A DNA stretch of 32,000 nt from Zygophlyctis sp. KS116. Lineage: Eukaryota; Fungi; Chytridiomycota. Under the pieces are notes generated by a model. It was given only the letters and a program-made list of their open reading frames with translations. It did not search any database and was not told where the DNA came from. Positions 1 to 10,693 of the stretch are shown here, one piece after another. The stretch is taken from assembly GCA_054661495.1 (NCBI GenBank), contig BAAFSQ010000042.1, positions 24,065 to 56,064 on the forward strand. Direction: 5' to 3'. Positions within the stretch are counted from its first letter, which is position 1. Every line of letters starts with the position of its first letter. The position numbers were made by a program, and so were the translations under genes.

Positions 1-405
1 ATTATCATGTACTTTTGGGTTTTCTAATATTAGATTAATTGCACAGAAGAATACTTTCATCAGATTAAAGGAGATATGATTTTAAAGATTGTCGAACCAG
101 ACGGGAAGTTTACTGATGTACACATAAAAGAAGGGGATGTGTTCTTACTCCCAGGAAACATTCCTCATTCACCTCAGAGATTTGAGAATACGCTCGGAAT
201 AGTCTTGGAGAGACGCCGTCCTGATAATTCTCTAGATACGCTTAGATGGTACTGTGAAAAAGAGGAATGTAGATCAATCGTGTACGAAGAATCATTTCAT
301 TGTGTGAATTTAGGGACACAGTTAAAACCAGTCATTGAAGCATATTTCTCTGATGAGGAAAAAAGAACTTGTCCGAAATGTGGACATCTGAATCCTAAAA
401 GTTGA
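1..405 (+). CDS. BNA1: 3-hydroxyanthranilate 3,4-dioxygenase (5'-partial)
   Basis: Removing a 25-nt GT-AG intron (9-33) gives (D)YH|INCTEEYFHQIKGDM. PHSPQR motif, LRWYC..C and CPKCG rubredoxin-like Cys pairs are present. Confidence 0.95.
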
Positions 406-453
406 ATTATAAAACCCGATCTCAAAGTTTTTAGATAATCTAATTGATTGCTT

Positions 454-1897
454 TTATTCTTCAGTTTCCTCGTGATGAGTCTCAAAAGTTCCAGAGACAA
501 GTGCTAAAGTACTGCAAAAAGCAATAAAATATACCTATAATTAGTATAAAAAATATCTTACAAAAGTTTCAATGTAAAGAAATGCTCTATTATAGGGAGT
601 GTTCACTGTTTGAGACCAGACATTAGGAAAAATTAATGTCGCTGTTAGTACACCCAATTGCTGAATAACTTGAATAGAAGAAAACATTGCGCCTTGGGAT
701 TCATGAGAAACAGATTTTGATAAGAGTCCCTTTGCAGTCGGAGTACCAAGCGCACTAAGTCCTTCAAAAGTGACAATGGCTAAAATCATCCAGCCAGCAG
801 TAGCAGTAGACATTAGAAAAGCTCCAAAAGTCATCACCATGAGAGAAATTCGCAAAATCCAAAGATCAAATAAAATAGACTGGGTAAATATTCGTTTTAC
901 TATTGGAAATATGAGAACCATTGTTAATAGTCTTCCAAGTGCTAATATTAGCAAGTAAATTCCTTGATCAAACGAATCCCATCCAAAAGAGAAGGCTGCC
1001 CATAAGAAAAAAGTACTTGCTCCTCCAATTGTAATTCCAATAGAATACATTACAAAAAACAGTATAGCTCTATAAGTTGCGTATGTTTCACCAAAAAAGG
1101 TGATAATTGATTTTACAAATTCTATAGGCGAAATATTCAAACTGTTTGGGCTGCTTTCCTTATTGAGAGATTCTTTAACTACTAGAAGAATGTATAACAG
1201 AACAAAAATTTGGATTCCTAGAGAAACCTCAAATACCCGTTCCATTCCATTTTCCAGTCCTCTATAAAGGGCACCACCAAGCACAGGTCCAATAGTGAAT
1301 CCTAGAAAAAATGTAGTTTCAAGAATCACGAATACAGAAGTTCTAGACTCTGCAGTGCTAATATCTGCAATATAAGCAAAAGATGTAGAAACCAACATTC
1401 CCCATGATCCTAAAAATCCACCAATCAATCTCTCTATAGCCAATAGCCATAACGGTAGCCGTAGTTGCATGATCAACAATATGGCGACATTGGAAAGTAT
1501 TGCAGATCTTAAACGTAAAATGTATATTGACTTACATGACCGGCAAAAGCATGATTGGCTTTCTACCAGTACTATCTGATAGTTTCCCCAAAAGCGGAAC
1601 CGAAAGTAGTGATGGTATATTTGCGAGTAAGGCAAATGTCATTTCCCATTTAGCCGTCGCCGATTGAACATTTGGCAATACTCTACATTCTTCCCATGAT
1701 ATAGTACTTGATCCATAATTTTCCTGACAAATATACAAAAGTAGCCATTGTTGCGTTACATTTATAATCTGACTGAATGCTAAAATATGCAAGAATAGAG
1801 CTGGGAGAAGCAGAACTGGACTATTTGCACCTTGTTTAGGGACCGATGTAGAATCAGGAATAATCTCTTCTAATAGAGGTTCTTGCTCATTGTCCAT
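454..1897 (-). CDS. MFS transporter (SLC46/TetA-like)
   Basis: GKLSDSTGRKP MFS motif A, AYIADIS..ESR, about 12 hydrophobic helices. Introns 1508-1535 (28 nt) and 535-561 (27 nt) join the ORF fragments. Stop TAA at 454-456. Confidence 0.88.
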
Positions 1898-1917
1898 GAC
1901 TGTATTTATTTATCTGT

Positions 1918-3063
1918 CTAATATGCAAGGGTTTTGTACATGAAAGAAACTGAGTCCTTGATCATTAATGGATCCAGATCAACAGCCTCATAATGCATAG
2001 CTGCCACAACCCATAAATGTGGACCGGTTAGTACTGAAATAGAAACTACAAACACGGCCCATACATTCACATCTACCAGAGTTAGTGAATGCATTCCAAA
2101 AGCTAAAAGATATGCTCCAGTCATACTTAATAAAGCTATTAAAGTGAATGGTGCTGTAAGATAAAGAAATCTAGCTAAGTCGGTCCATTCAACTTTTCTA
2201 ATTGGAGAAAATGCTGGATTTGATGACTGCTTGAGTGAAGATATTTCTGATAGCATATGTCCGATTGAGTGCCAAGGTCCTAAATAGACTATAAATCCTA
2301 CCAGAGGATTCATAGAGTTGAATAAAATCCAAAACATTGCAGATTTTAATATTTCATATATCCAAACTTGAGAACTTGGCTCCTGTTTTATAACTGGAAA
2401 TTGTGCCGGTGTAAAATCTTTCAGCTCTATTAAAAGATTTACAATTGCAAAAGTTGTTAAAAGTAGAAAATGTTGACTCACCATTATCCTGTGAAGCCAG
2501 ACATAAGAATAAGATGAGTCTGGAACCTTTATAAACCTTTCAACAATTGATATAGTTAGGTGTGGTCTTGTAAGAATCGCTAAAGATAAGATGAAAACTC
2601 CTCTTGAAAGGTATAATATTTGTTGATAGATTGATTTTAATTGAATGTAATCTAGATCCCCCTATCTTTAGAATTTTAGAAATACCTCTCCAAAATGATA
2701 TGCTGACAATGCAAGAAAAATCAGAAATGTAAATGAAGTCTGATACTGCCAAGACACTGACCATAAAACCATTATACTTAAATAATGAAAATAAAAGATT
2801 ATTCTAGGGATTATCCAGGCCATATTTGATGACTTCTTTCCTTTGTCAAAGTTTCTGGTATAGTACAACTGATAGAAAACAATATGATCTAATGCACCAT
2901 GTGGAATAACAGTCAGAACCATGAGTAAGATGATGAGTAGTCCGGAAATTGATTCAAAGTATTTTGGAGAAAGATAAGAGAAGAGTATGGATAATGCTGT
3001 GAGGAGTAATCTACCAAGTTGAATACCATGAGAGATCATTTGTTTGCTGGAACGTGATGTCAT
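1918..3063 (-). CDS. blh: Brp/Blh-family beta-carotene 15,15'-dioxygenase
   Basis: Multi-TM protein with the family His motifs in order: IPHGALDH, SAYHFGE|GD, PWHSIGH, LTGPH. One 24-nt intron (2662-2685) joins ORFs 2668-3192 and 1918-2484 in frame. Start ATG at 3063 is assumed. Confidence 0.85.
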
Positions 3064-3141
3064 TGCATTGTGTGATCTGCTGTGTGATCTAAATTCTATT
3101 TTTAAACGGCAACTTACCGCCGCAAACCGAAACTTGTTAAA

Positions 3142-3615
3142 ATGGCTGATCCTGATCAATCTCCTCCAAATGATGGATCCTCTAATGTGCAAGTCAATTA
3201 CATCATAGTCCCTCTTCTACTTATCCTGATCATCATTGTTGCTATACTCCTAATGAAGTATCAGACTTGGTGTGCATGGAAGTTTTTCAAGCCAAAAGTA
3301 ACCAAGCAAGAGGAACCGGTACAAATAAGTCATCTATCCATGTTAAGAGTGAGCTCTCCTCCACTTGATCAATCAAAATTGCAGTCAAAAGAGACTCCGA
3401 TTGTACTAGAACTTTCAAATTCTGCAGAAACTCGCAGATCTTCAAGCTCAAGATCTTGGATTTCAAAGTTTAAGAATTCAAAGGATTCTCAACAAAATAT
3501 GATTGGCTCAATTTTAGATGAAGATGAAGAGAATGAAGTTACTATTTTAGAAAGTAATGCCATTGTGTATTCAGGTACTCCTCCTTCTTATGGACAATCA
3601 CATTTGGATGTTTAA
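3142..3615 (+). CDS. Hypothetical single-pass membrane protein
   Basis: 157-aa ORF with one strongly hydrophobic helix (IIVPLLLILIIIVAILLM), a Ser-rich tail and a C-terminal PPSY (PY motif). Divergent from blh. Confidence 0.7.
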   Translation: MADPDQSPPNDGSSNVQVNYIIVPLLLILIIIVAILLMKYQTWCAWKFFKPKVTKQEEPVQISHLSMLRVSSPPLDQSKLQSKETPIVLELSNSAETRRSSSSRSWISKFKNSKDSQQNMIGSILDEDEENEVTILESNAIVYSGTPPSYGQSHLDV

Positions 3616-3882
3616 TAATTTTTGGGCTTATCAGTTGAAGCTGATTATATGTACAAGACTGTAGTTCAAACGGAAAATACTAAACTCAAAATGGTTGGCG
3701 TCAGTAATCAAATATTCATACATGGTGTTTTTCAATGGCAATTTGGCAAATAGTTTTTTACTCAAACCAATAGAATTTATTAATTCTTTTCAAGATATTT
3801 GGATGAGATAGATGTAACTTAAGTCGTCAAGAGCAGCATAACCGCACTCGAAGCCCTCTGTGACAAAAATCTATTTTTTAGA

Positions 3883-5319
3883 ATGAGTCTTCAATGCATC
3901 GAGAGATTGCCTTGGTATGATCATCAAGGATTGTCTTCTCAGCCATACATTATCGGCATTAGCGGTGGATCGGGTTCTGGGAAAACTTCAATCGCTAAAA
4001 AGATTATTGATGATCTGGCAATCCCTTGGATCACATTGTTGAGTATGGACTCATTCTATAAATCATTAACTGAAGATCAGAGAGAGCAAGCATACAGAAA
4101 GTAAGTCATCCGATATAAAAAAAAAGTGAATATGACTTTGATCATCCAAACTCATTTGATTACGATATTTTATATGATTCATTACTGAATCTCAAGAAAG
4201 GCATCAAGGTTGATATTCCAATGTATGACTTTACAACGCATTCAAGGTAATTTTTTAATTTCTAAGCTTTAGATTACCGCAAACTCAAAGCTTGTATGGG
4301 GCCAATGTAATAATTTTTGAAGGGATTTTTTCTTTTCATGATAAAAAAGTTCGAGATCTATTGGACTTGAAAGTTTTTGTTGCTTGCGATGATGATATAA
4401 GACTGGCAAGACGCTGTAATTTCGTCTAATATTTTAAGATCACAGTGAAGAGAGATATCTCTGAAAGAGGTCGTGATTTGAATGGTGTCTTGCATCAGTA
4501 TCATAAGTTTGTTAAACCAAGCTATGATACATATATTAAACGTACTATGGATTATGCAGACATTGTGCTTCCAAAAGGAATAGATTCACAAGGTTTTATT
4601 TTGATTTTTATTATTATTTAGCATCAATGGATCTCATTATTCAACATGTTTTACTTCAGCATATGAAAAGATGTTTTCCCTTTAAAGATCTTTTGAATAC
4701 TATATGCTTTGATGAAAAGGCGATCCCATCTACACTACATGTATTGGATCAAACTCCATATCTCAAGTCATGCATTGAAAAAATGAATGATGAGAAATTG
4801 GAACTGAAAGAATTTTTATCTATTTCAGATGAATTAGTAGTAATGCTACTTCGTTATGTTTCAACTCTTTTTGAAAACAGTAAAGAATTAACAGTATCAA
4901 AAATCTGCGGTGTCTTTTTAGAAAGATATCCTAATTCTATAAAGATTGATTTTAATCTAGTTTATACAGATGCATCTTTTGGGAAATTATGTATACGCAC
5001 CTTATCTAATGGAGAACCTGGACTCTATCTTTGTGACGTTCCAGAAGATATCTGTAATAGAAAGGTTATTGTATTTGATGCTCAATGCTCAACTGGATCT
5101 GCAGCTGTCATGGCTATTCGAGTATTATTGGATCATTGTGTCTTGGAGGAAAATATCATCTTTTGCTCTTTGGTTTGCTCAAGATCATCTGCTATTCTCA
5201 TACATAGTATCTTTCCAAAAGTTGTTATGGTGAGCTGTAGATTAGAGAACAGCATTACAGTTCACAAGTTTCCAGTTTTGGAAAACTTAAATACTTCACC
5301 TGATTCGGAACGTAATTGA
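3883..5319 (+). CDS. URK1: Uridine kinase with C-terminal UPRT-like domain
   Basis: GGSGSGKT P-loop, [28 protein letters not shown]-terminal [12 protein letters not shown]. Introns 4101-4126, 4247-4272, 4416-4445, 4593-4621. Confidence 0.93.
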
Positions 5320-5830
5320 TTATTTTCCCTCAATAAACTCAATATTACATCTCTCATATAATATTTGTAAATCTTCTCCATCTCTAAAAAAAATTCGCTT
5401 GTATCCACCCGTAAAAGATCCATAATCATCAGTATCTGCTATGTAAATCGTTTTGCATTTAGCATTATCTACCCGCTACCCGCTTCCCCCATCCTCGATA
5501 TTTCTGATATCAGTTAATATTTTATGAGGTGCGGAATCATTGACAAGACCATCTCCACTACTGATTATTCTCTTCATATCATTGCCAGTTCTAAGTATTC
5601 TTTCCGCATTTTAAAAGACAAGAATTAACTGACAAAGTAAGACAACTGAAGTTGATTGTGGCGCGTAATCAAAACGCTGATAGTCCAAGTTCGGACGAAA
5701 TAGTGCGGTACAAAGTTCAAATGTGATAAAGACTTGAAATTGAATTTGTATTAGTTATCTAAGGAAATTTAAACGGTTTTCTTAATAAATCTAATATTTC
5801 CAGAGTTACGTCATTTCAAATAATCAAAGA

Positions 5831-7943
5831 ATGAACAATGAGAGTGAGGAAGTTTATGATGATGTATCAGGAGCAACCTGTATAGATGTCGATGCTGTTA
5901 ATGAGCTTGCCAAGCAAGGTGATTCGTACATCAGTAATGATATTCATCAGGTCCAGAAAGCAATTGATTTATTTCTGAACTCTGATTTCTCAAACGCAGA
6001 ATTATTTTTAAAGACTCAATACTGTAAATCTCTATATTACACATTTGGGTATGGGACTATTCTCTTTTTAAAATCGATAATGACTTTTGATCCGGCAGAT
6101 ATTCATGATTGCTCAATAGCTTTAGAAAATTCTGTACAATTGGCTTCAATTTTGCGGAAACCGCAAGGTTTTATATCATCTATAAGTGGATATTTTACTG
6201 GGAAAGGTTCCAAGGAAGTTGCTCATTTAAAAATCATGAGTAAATTAGAAAGGCATGCAGAATTGGTATATGCAGAATCATTTCTTATTAAAGCACAATT
6301 ATCTCTGGTTACTGATAAGAATATGGTTGCTTTCATAAGAGAAGGACTTAAAATTAGAGCATCATATTCCATATATAAGAATATGTATAGATTTTTAAGA
6401 AAAGTATACAAGGAAGATGGAGAAGATGGCTTTAAAAAGTATAATATTGATGAACATTTTGTTTCTGGTGTACTTTTTGGAAATGGCGCATTCAATATGA
6501 TTCTGTCAATGATGCCATCAAAGTTGCTTAAATTATTTGAATTTATTGGATTTAGTGGAAATAGGCAGTTCTCAATGTCTTGCTTAGAGACTGGTGCTAA
6601 ATGGCCTAAAAGAGATACAACAATGTGTTATCCAGAGCCAAAAAAAGATATTCCAAAGGATAAAATACTAGTTCCTTTTAAACTTCCAGATGGGGTCTCT
6701 GGAAATCGAGCATTTTTGTGTGATCTTTGTTTGCTAGTATATCATATAGTGTTTTCAAGTATGATTCAACTTCCTGATAGCAACATGCCCTTGGCAGGAA
6801 AAATGGTTGATATGCAATTAAAAAAGTATCCGGAAAGTTTTATTTTTCTTGGATTAAAGGCAAGATTAGAGCAATCCAAATGTAACCCCATGCTTGCTGA
6901 AGCTGAATATATAAAAGTAATTGAAAATCAGCTAGATTGGAGAAACTTGACTCATGTTTGTTATTGGGATCTTGGGTTTTGTCAAGCAGCTCAAGGAAAA
7001 TGGAAAGAAGCTGCTCAAAGTTTTCAAGTTTTACTTGCAGAATCAAAATGGAGGTACGATATCATTTCCTGTTTCTAATTTCACAGTGCTGCTATTTATG
7101 CATACCTCCAAGCTTCATTTTTATATCATGCAGACAAGGAAAAATACGCTGACAAAATTCTGGAACTAATGGATTCTGTTCCAAATTTAACAAGAAAAAT
7201 TGCAGGAAAAAGCGTACCTTTTGAAGTATGATATTTCATTATTGATTTCCTAGAAATTTGTGTCTCGAAAAGCAAGAAAGTTTAAATCACAAAACAATCG
7301 ACTTCTATTACCTGGATATGAAGTAATTTATATGTGGACTGGTTTTGATATAATCCCTTTATCACATATGAACACTGTATTAAGTGAAATATCAAATCAT
7401 CTCACTGACCTTGATTCACAACTTGAAAACTTCCAAAAAACTGGAAAAAATGCAGACTTGATTCCTTATGAAACATTTAATGATGACATTGCATTAGCTA
7501 GATTTTTAAAAGGAATTGCTATTCGTGAATTGAATTATCCTACTAGCAATACGATAATACCAGCGAATGAATTAGTTTCTATTAAACCAACCACAACACA
7601 AATATCACAATTAACACTTTCATCTAAACAATTATCATTTATTACTGCTGTTGCAGATCAAATAGTATTCGACCACTGGATCTTACCATACTCAAGATTT
7701 GAATTAGGACAAATTTATATGAGACTTGGAAATTATAAATTAGCAAGAAAAGAGTTTAAAGCCGCCAAGAATGGCGGCTACACAGACAAGGAGACTGGAA
7801 TTCTTCGTAAACGCTACTCTATGGAAAATTCATTGCATTTAAAAACCCATAATTGTCTAGTAAAATTGACAGTATTGGAAATACTAGCAGGACTTACTGT
7901 AGAAGATTCTGAAGACGAAGAGATTGTTGAAGAGTCAGACTAG
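5831..7943 (+). CDS. IML2/TTC39-family TPR protein
   Basis: HAELVYAE, FIREGLKIRASY, FVSGV.FG.G.FN..LS, IGFSGNR, RKIAGKSVPFEKFVSRKARK, YSMENSLHLK. Introns 7054-7086 and 7226-7253. Confidence 0.9.
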
Positions 7944-8008
7944 ATTTTAAAAAGATCAGTACTAATACAAACGTTTAGTTATAAAGGGTTAGCGCAAGAG
8001 TTAAAGAA

Positions 8009-8895
8009 ATGCCGTCGCTCATTGCGTCTTCCTTTTTAATTCTCATTACATTGTATGCCTACAAGAAATCCCATAAATTCAAGTTTTTAATCAAGACTGT
8101 TTTATATTTTGTTGGACTAGGAATATCATCAATTGCAGGAATTTCAGTGTCTCCACTTTTTTATTTGCTGGGATCTGGAATTCATTGTAACTATATTGTT
8201 GGAAAAATCACTAAAGTTTTAATTCCAATTCTCACTGGTATTAAAGTTAATGTCAAGGGGAGAGAACATTTCAATATTGATAGACCATGTGTATTTATTG
8301 CAAATCATCAGTCACGATTAGATTTAGCTGTACTAGCTGAAACTATAACTCCAGGTACAATTGTCATTGTCAAAGAATCATTAAAATATTATCCTATTCT
8401 TGGTCAATATCTAATGATTGCTAAAAATGTCTTTATTACTAGATCAAACTCTCAATCTGCAGTAGATACAATGAAAAGAGTTGTTAAAACTCTAGTTAAA
8501 GATAAAACATCCCTATATATGTATCCAGAAGGAACTAGATCACATCAAAAGACTAATACCATGTTACCATTTAAAAAAGGAGCATTTCATTTAGCAGTTC
8601 AAGGACAAATACCAATTATACCAATAGTTATTTCTACCTATGATCCCTATTATTCTGAAGAGAATTTAGTCTGGGATGACCTTCAAATACAAGTTCAAGG
8701 TAAATAATAATAATTTTATAAAGAATAGTTTTGCCTCCAATAGAGACTGTTGGATTAACAGTAGACAATGTAGATGATTTAACAGAATCTACTAGAAAAC
8801 TCATGATTGACACATTAGCTACACTATCTACCAAACCATTAGGAAATTCTGCAGCTATTAGTTGTCTGAATCCAGTTGACAAGAAGAATGAATAG
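8009..8895 (+). CDS. SLC1: 1-acyl-sn-glycerol-3-phosphate acyltransferase
   Basis: NHQSRLD and YPEGTRS motifs, LPFKKGAFHLAVQ. Intron 8700-8728 restores VLPPI. Stop at 8893-8895. Confidence 0.95.
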
Positions 8896-9048
8896 TTTTA
8901 TGTAAAATTTCAGTCATGAGCTTTTTCATTATCTTTATTAGCAGTAAGAGAGAAGCAGGCTAGGAGTAAGCCCTACCAAGTTGTAGCGCATGGTCATGTA
9001 GAAAATATAAAAATCGGTACGCCACTTGCACCCTACTAATATAAAAAA

Positions 9049-9584
9049 ATGGTAATTTTGATCTTGGGAAATGATGATTATTGGTATATTTTTTCTGACA
9101 CCTCTTGTTTGAGTATCATTTTGATACAATGCGCAAAATCTACAATCTGATCCCTATTATTAAACTAATTATTTAGGGTCGAGTAAGAACAAAGACTGTC
9201 AAAAAGGCATCAAGAATTCTAATTGAAAAATATTATCCCCGTCTCACTCTAGATTTCCATACCAACAAGAAATTGGCTGATGAAGTCGCCATCATTGCTT
9301 CTAAACGTCTCAGAAATAAGATTGCTGGATTCACTACTCATTTAATGAAGAGAATTCAAAGAGGACCAGTCAGAGGAATTTCCTTTAAACTTCAAGAGGA
9401 AGAAAGAGAACGAAAAGATAATTATGTTCCAGAAGTCTCTGCTCTATCTGTGACTACTATTGATATTGATCAGGATACAAAGAATCTTTTGGCTGCTCTT
9501 AATCTAGATGGAATTCCTGGGATTAATGTTGTAGATCTATCCAAAGGGTTTGAAAAAGTTTCGGGAAAGAAGACTCGTAATTAA
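9049..9584 (+). CDS. RPS17: 40S ribosomal protein S17 (eS17)
   Basis: ATG-only first exon (9049-9051), 125-nt intron 9052-9176, then [20 protein letters not shown]...[38 protein letters not shown]. Confidence 0.98.
9066..9154 (+). ncRNA. Intronic box C/D snoRNA (snR48/SNORD60-like, LSU rRNA 2'-O-methylation guide)
   Basis: Box C ATGATGA 9071-9077, box D CTGA 9147-9150, terminal stem GGGA/TCCC. Guide TTTTCTGACACCTCTTG (9091-9107) is antisense to the conserved LSU rRNA segment AGAGGUGUCAGAAAA and is followed by a D'-like TTGA (9109-9112). Confidence 0.85.
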
Positions 9585-9646
9585 TAAAATTGGTGCAATG
9601 CACATTTTTTGATTTTTTTGTAGAGTTTTTAGAATATTTTCTAAAT

Positions 9647-10522
9647 CTAAAAATCAATACTAGTTTCTTGTATATCACATTCAGCCACGATAATATTTGC
9701 TGTTTTAAAAGTTGATAAATACATTAGATTAATCTTTTTCAAGACTAGAGACTTACATGTAGAGTATACAACTCCAAAAGAATCTAATCCTAAATTTTCT
9801 ACATCTAATTCAATTACTCCCAACTTTGAATCCATCAAAGATCTATAAGTCATGTGTGAGGGTATCATATCTAATAAAGTCTCTAAAGCAACTACAGAGA
9901 TGCCTTCATGACTAATAGTCATTGAAAAGAATTCTGTAAAATTGTAAAAAATATGCTGAATTAGAATCAAGATCCATTCATCAAGATAATCTCTATTTAA
10001 TCCAAATAGCTTTAGTCCAGAAATTATTTTTGGATTACAAGGATCAATTTTATACCTCAAGTCTAATTCTGGTATACTTGATAAATCATCAGCAGAATCA
10101 AAAGGAGCATCATAAATTTCAAATCCTATTTGCTTAAAAACCTTTTTAGCAATTTTCCAACTAGACTCCTTCATCAATAAAAAATCAGTTTGATAAGTAC
10201 TTAGATAAAAAATACTAATTCCACCTTTGGCTAATGGTTCTGAAAGATCATAAATTCTTTTACCAGAATTTTCAATGCCATCCAAGTCATCTATTGACAA
10301 TGCAACATATGGTTCTGAAGCTGTGATTATCCCTGGTGTTTTAAAATTAGCCCCACAGAGTGAAATTATAGATATTTCATTATGTGTAATAGTAAATGAA
10401 AAGAATGGGGATTGATTGATCCACGAGAGATTTAGCCAATCATGCATTAACAGATGTAGATTTGTTAGCGGTGCTGTGCTTAGAGCCAGTTTGTGGGGAA
10501 GAAGAGTGACTGATGATGACAT
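9647..10522 (-). CDS. CASTOR/GATS-like tandem ACT-domain protein
   Basis: Two repeats of FFSFT.T..EIS and GISIFYLSTYQTDFLL / INLMYLSTFKTANIIV. Intronless. Start is probably the second ATG (10522), alternatively 10573. Confidence 0.85.
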   Translation of the reverse strand: MSSSVTLLPHKLALSTAPLTNLHLLMHDWLNLSWINQSPFFSFTITHNEISIISLCGANFKTPGIITASEPYVALSIDDLDGIENSGKRIYDLSEPLAKGGISIFYLSTYQTDFLLMKESSWKIAKKVFKQIGFEIYDAPFDSADDLSSIPELDLRYKIDPCNPKIISGLKLFGLNRDYLDEWILILIQHIFYNFTEFFSMTISHEGISVVALETLLDMIPSHMTYRSLMDSKLGVIELDVENLGLDSFGVVYSTCKSLVLKKINLMYLSTFKTANIIVAECDIQETSIDF

Positions 10523-10693
10523 TTTTACAAGGGTTTCTGATATAGAGTTTCTGGTACAGAATGATACAGACATTGCTTAAATGATCTGCATTATCATTTT
10601 AATAGATGGCTATAGATCATGTTTAGATTTGTAAAAGAGGCAGCAAACGGCACCTGACGACGTCGGAAGTTTTCGCCGCCAACAAATAATAAA

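Noticed and set aside
4627-5319. Separate uracil phosphoribosyltransferase gene
   Set aside because: It splices in frame to the uridine kinase exons. A degenerate UPRT-like tail is normal for Urk1/UCKL1.
8905-9040. CAGTCA and CCCTAC motifs upstream of RPS17 as Homol D/E-like ribosomal protein promoter elements
   Set aside because: Only partial matches, and one promoter is not enough to support the call.
9095-9098. CTGA as the snoRNA D' box
   Set aside because: It lies inside the 17-nt rRNA-complementary guide. TTGA at 9109-9112 fits the D' position better.
9104-9121. Resemblance of CTTGTTTGAGTATCATT to the 3' end of 5.8S rRNA
   Set aside because: Too short, no other 5.8S sequence nearby, and explained by the snoRNA D' box and hairpin.
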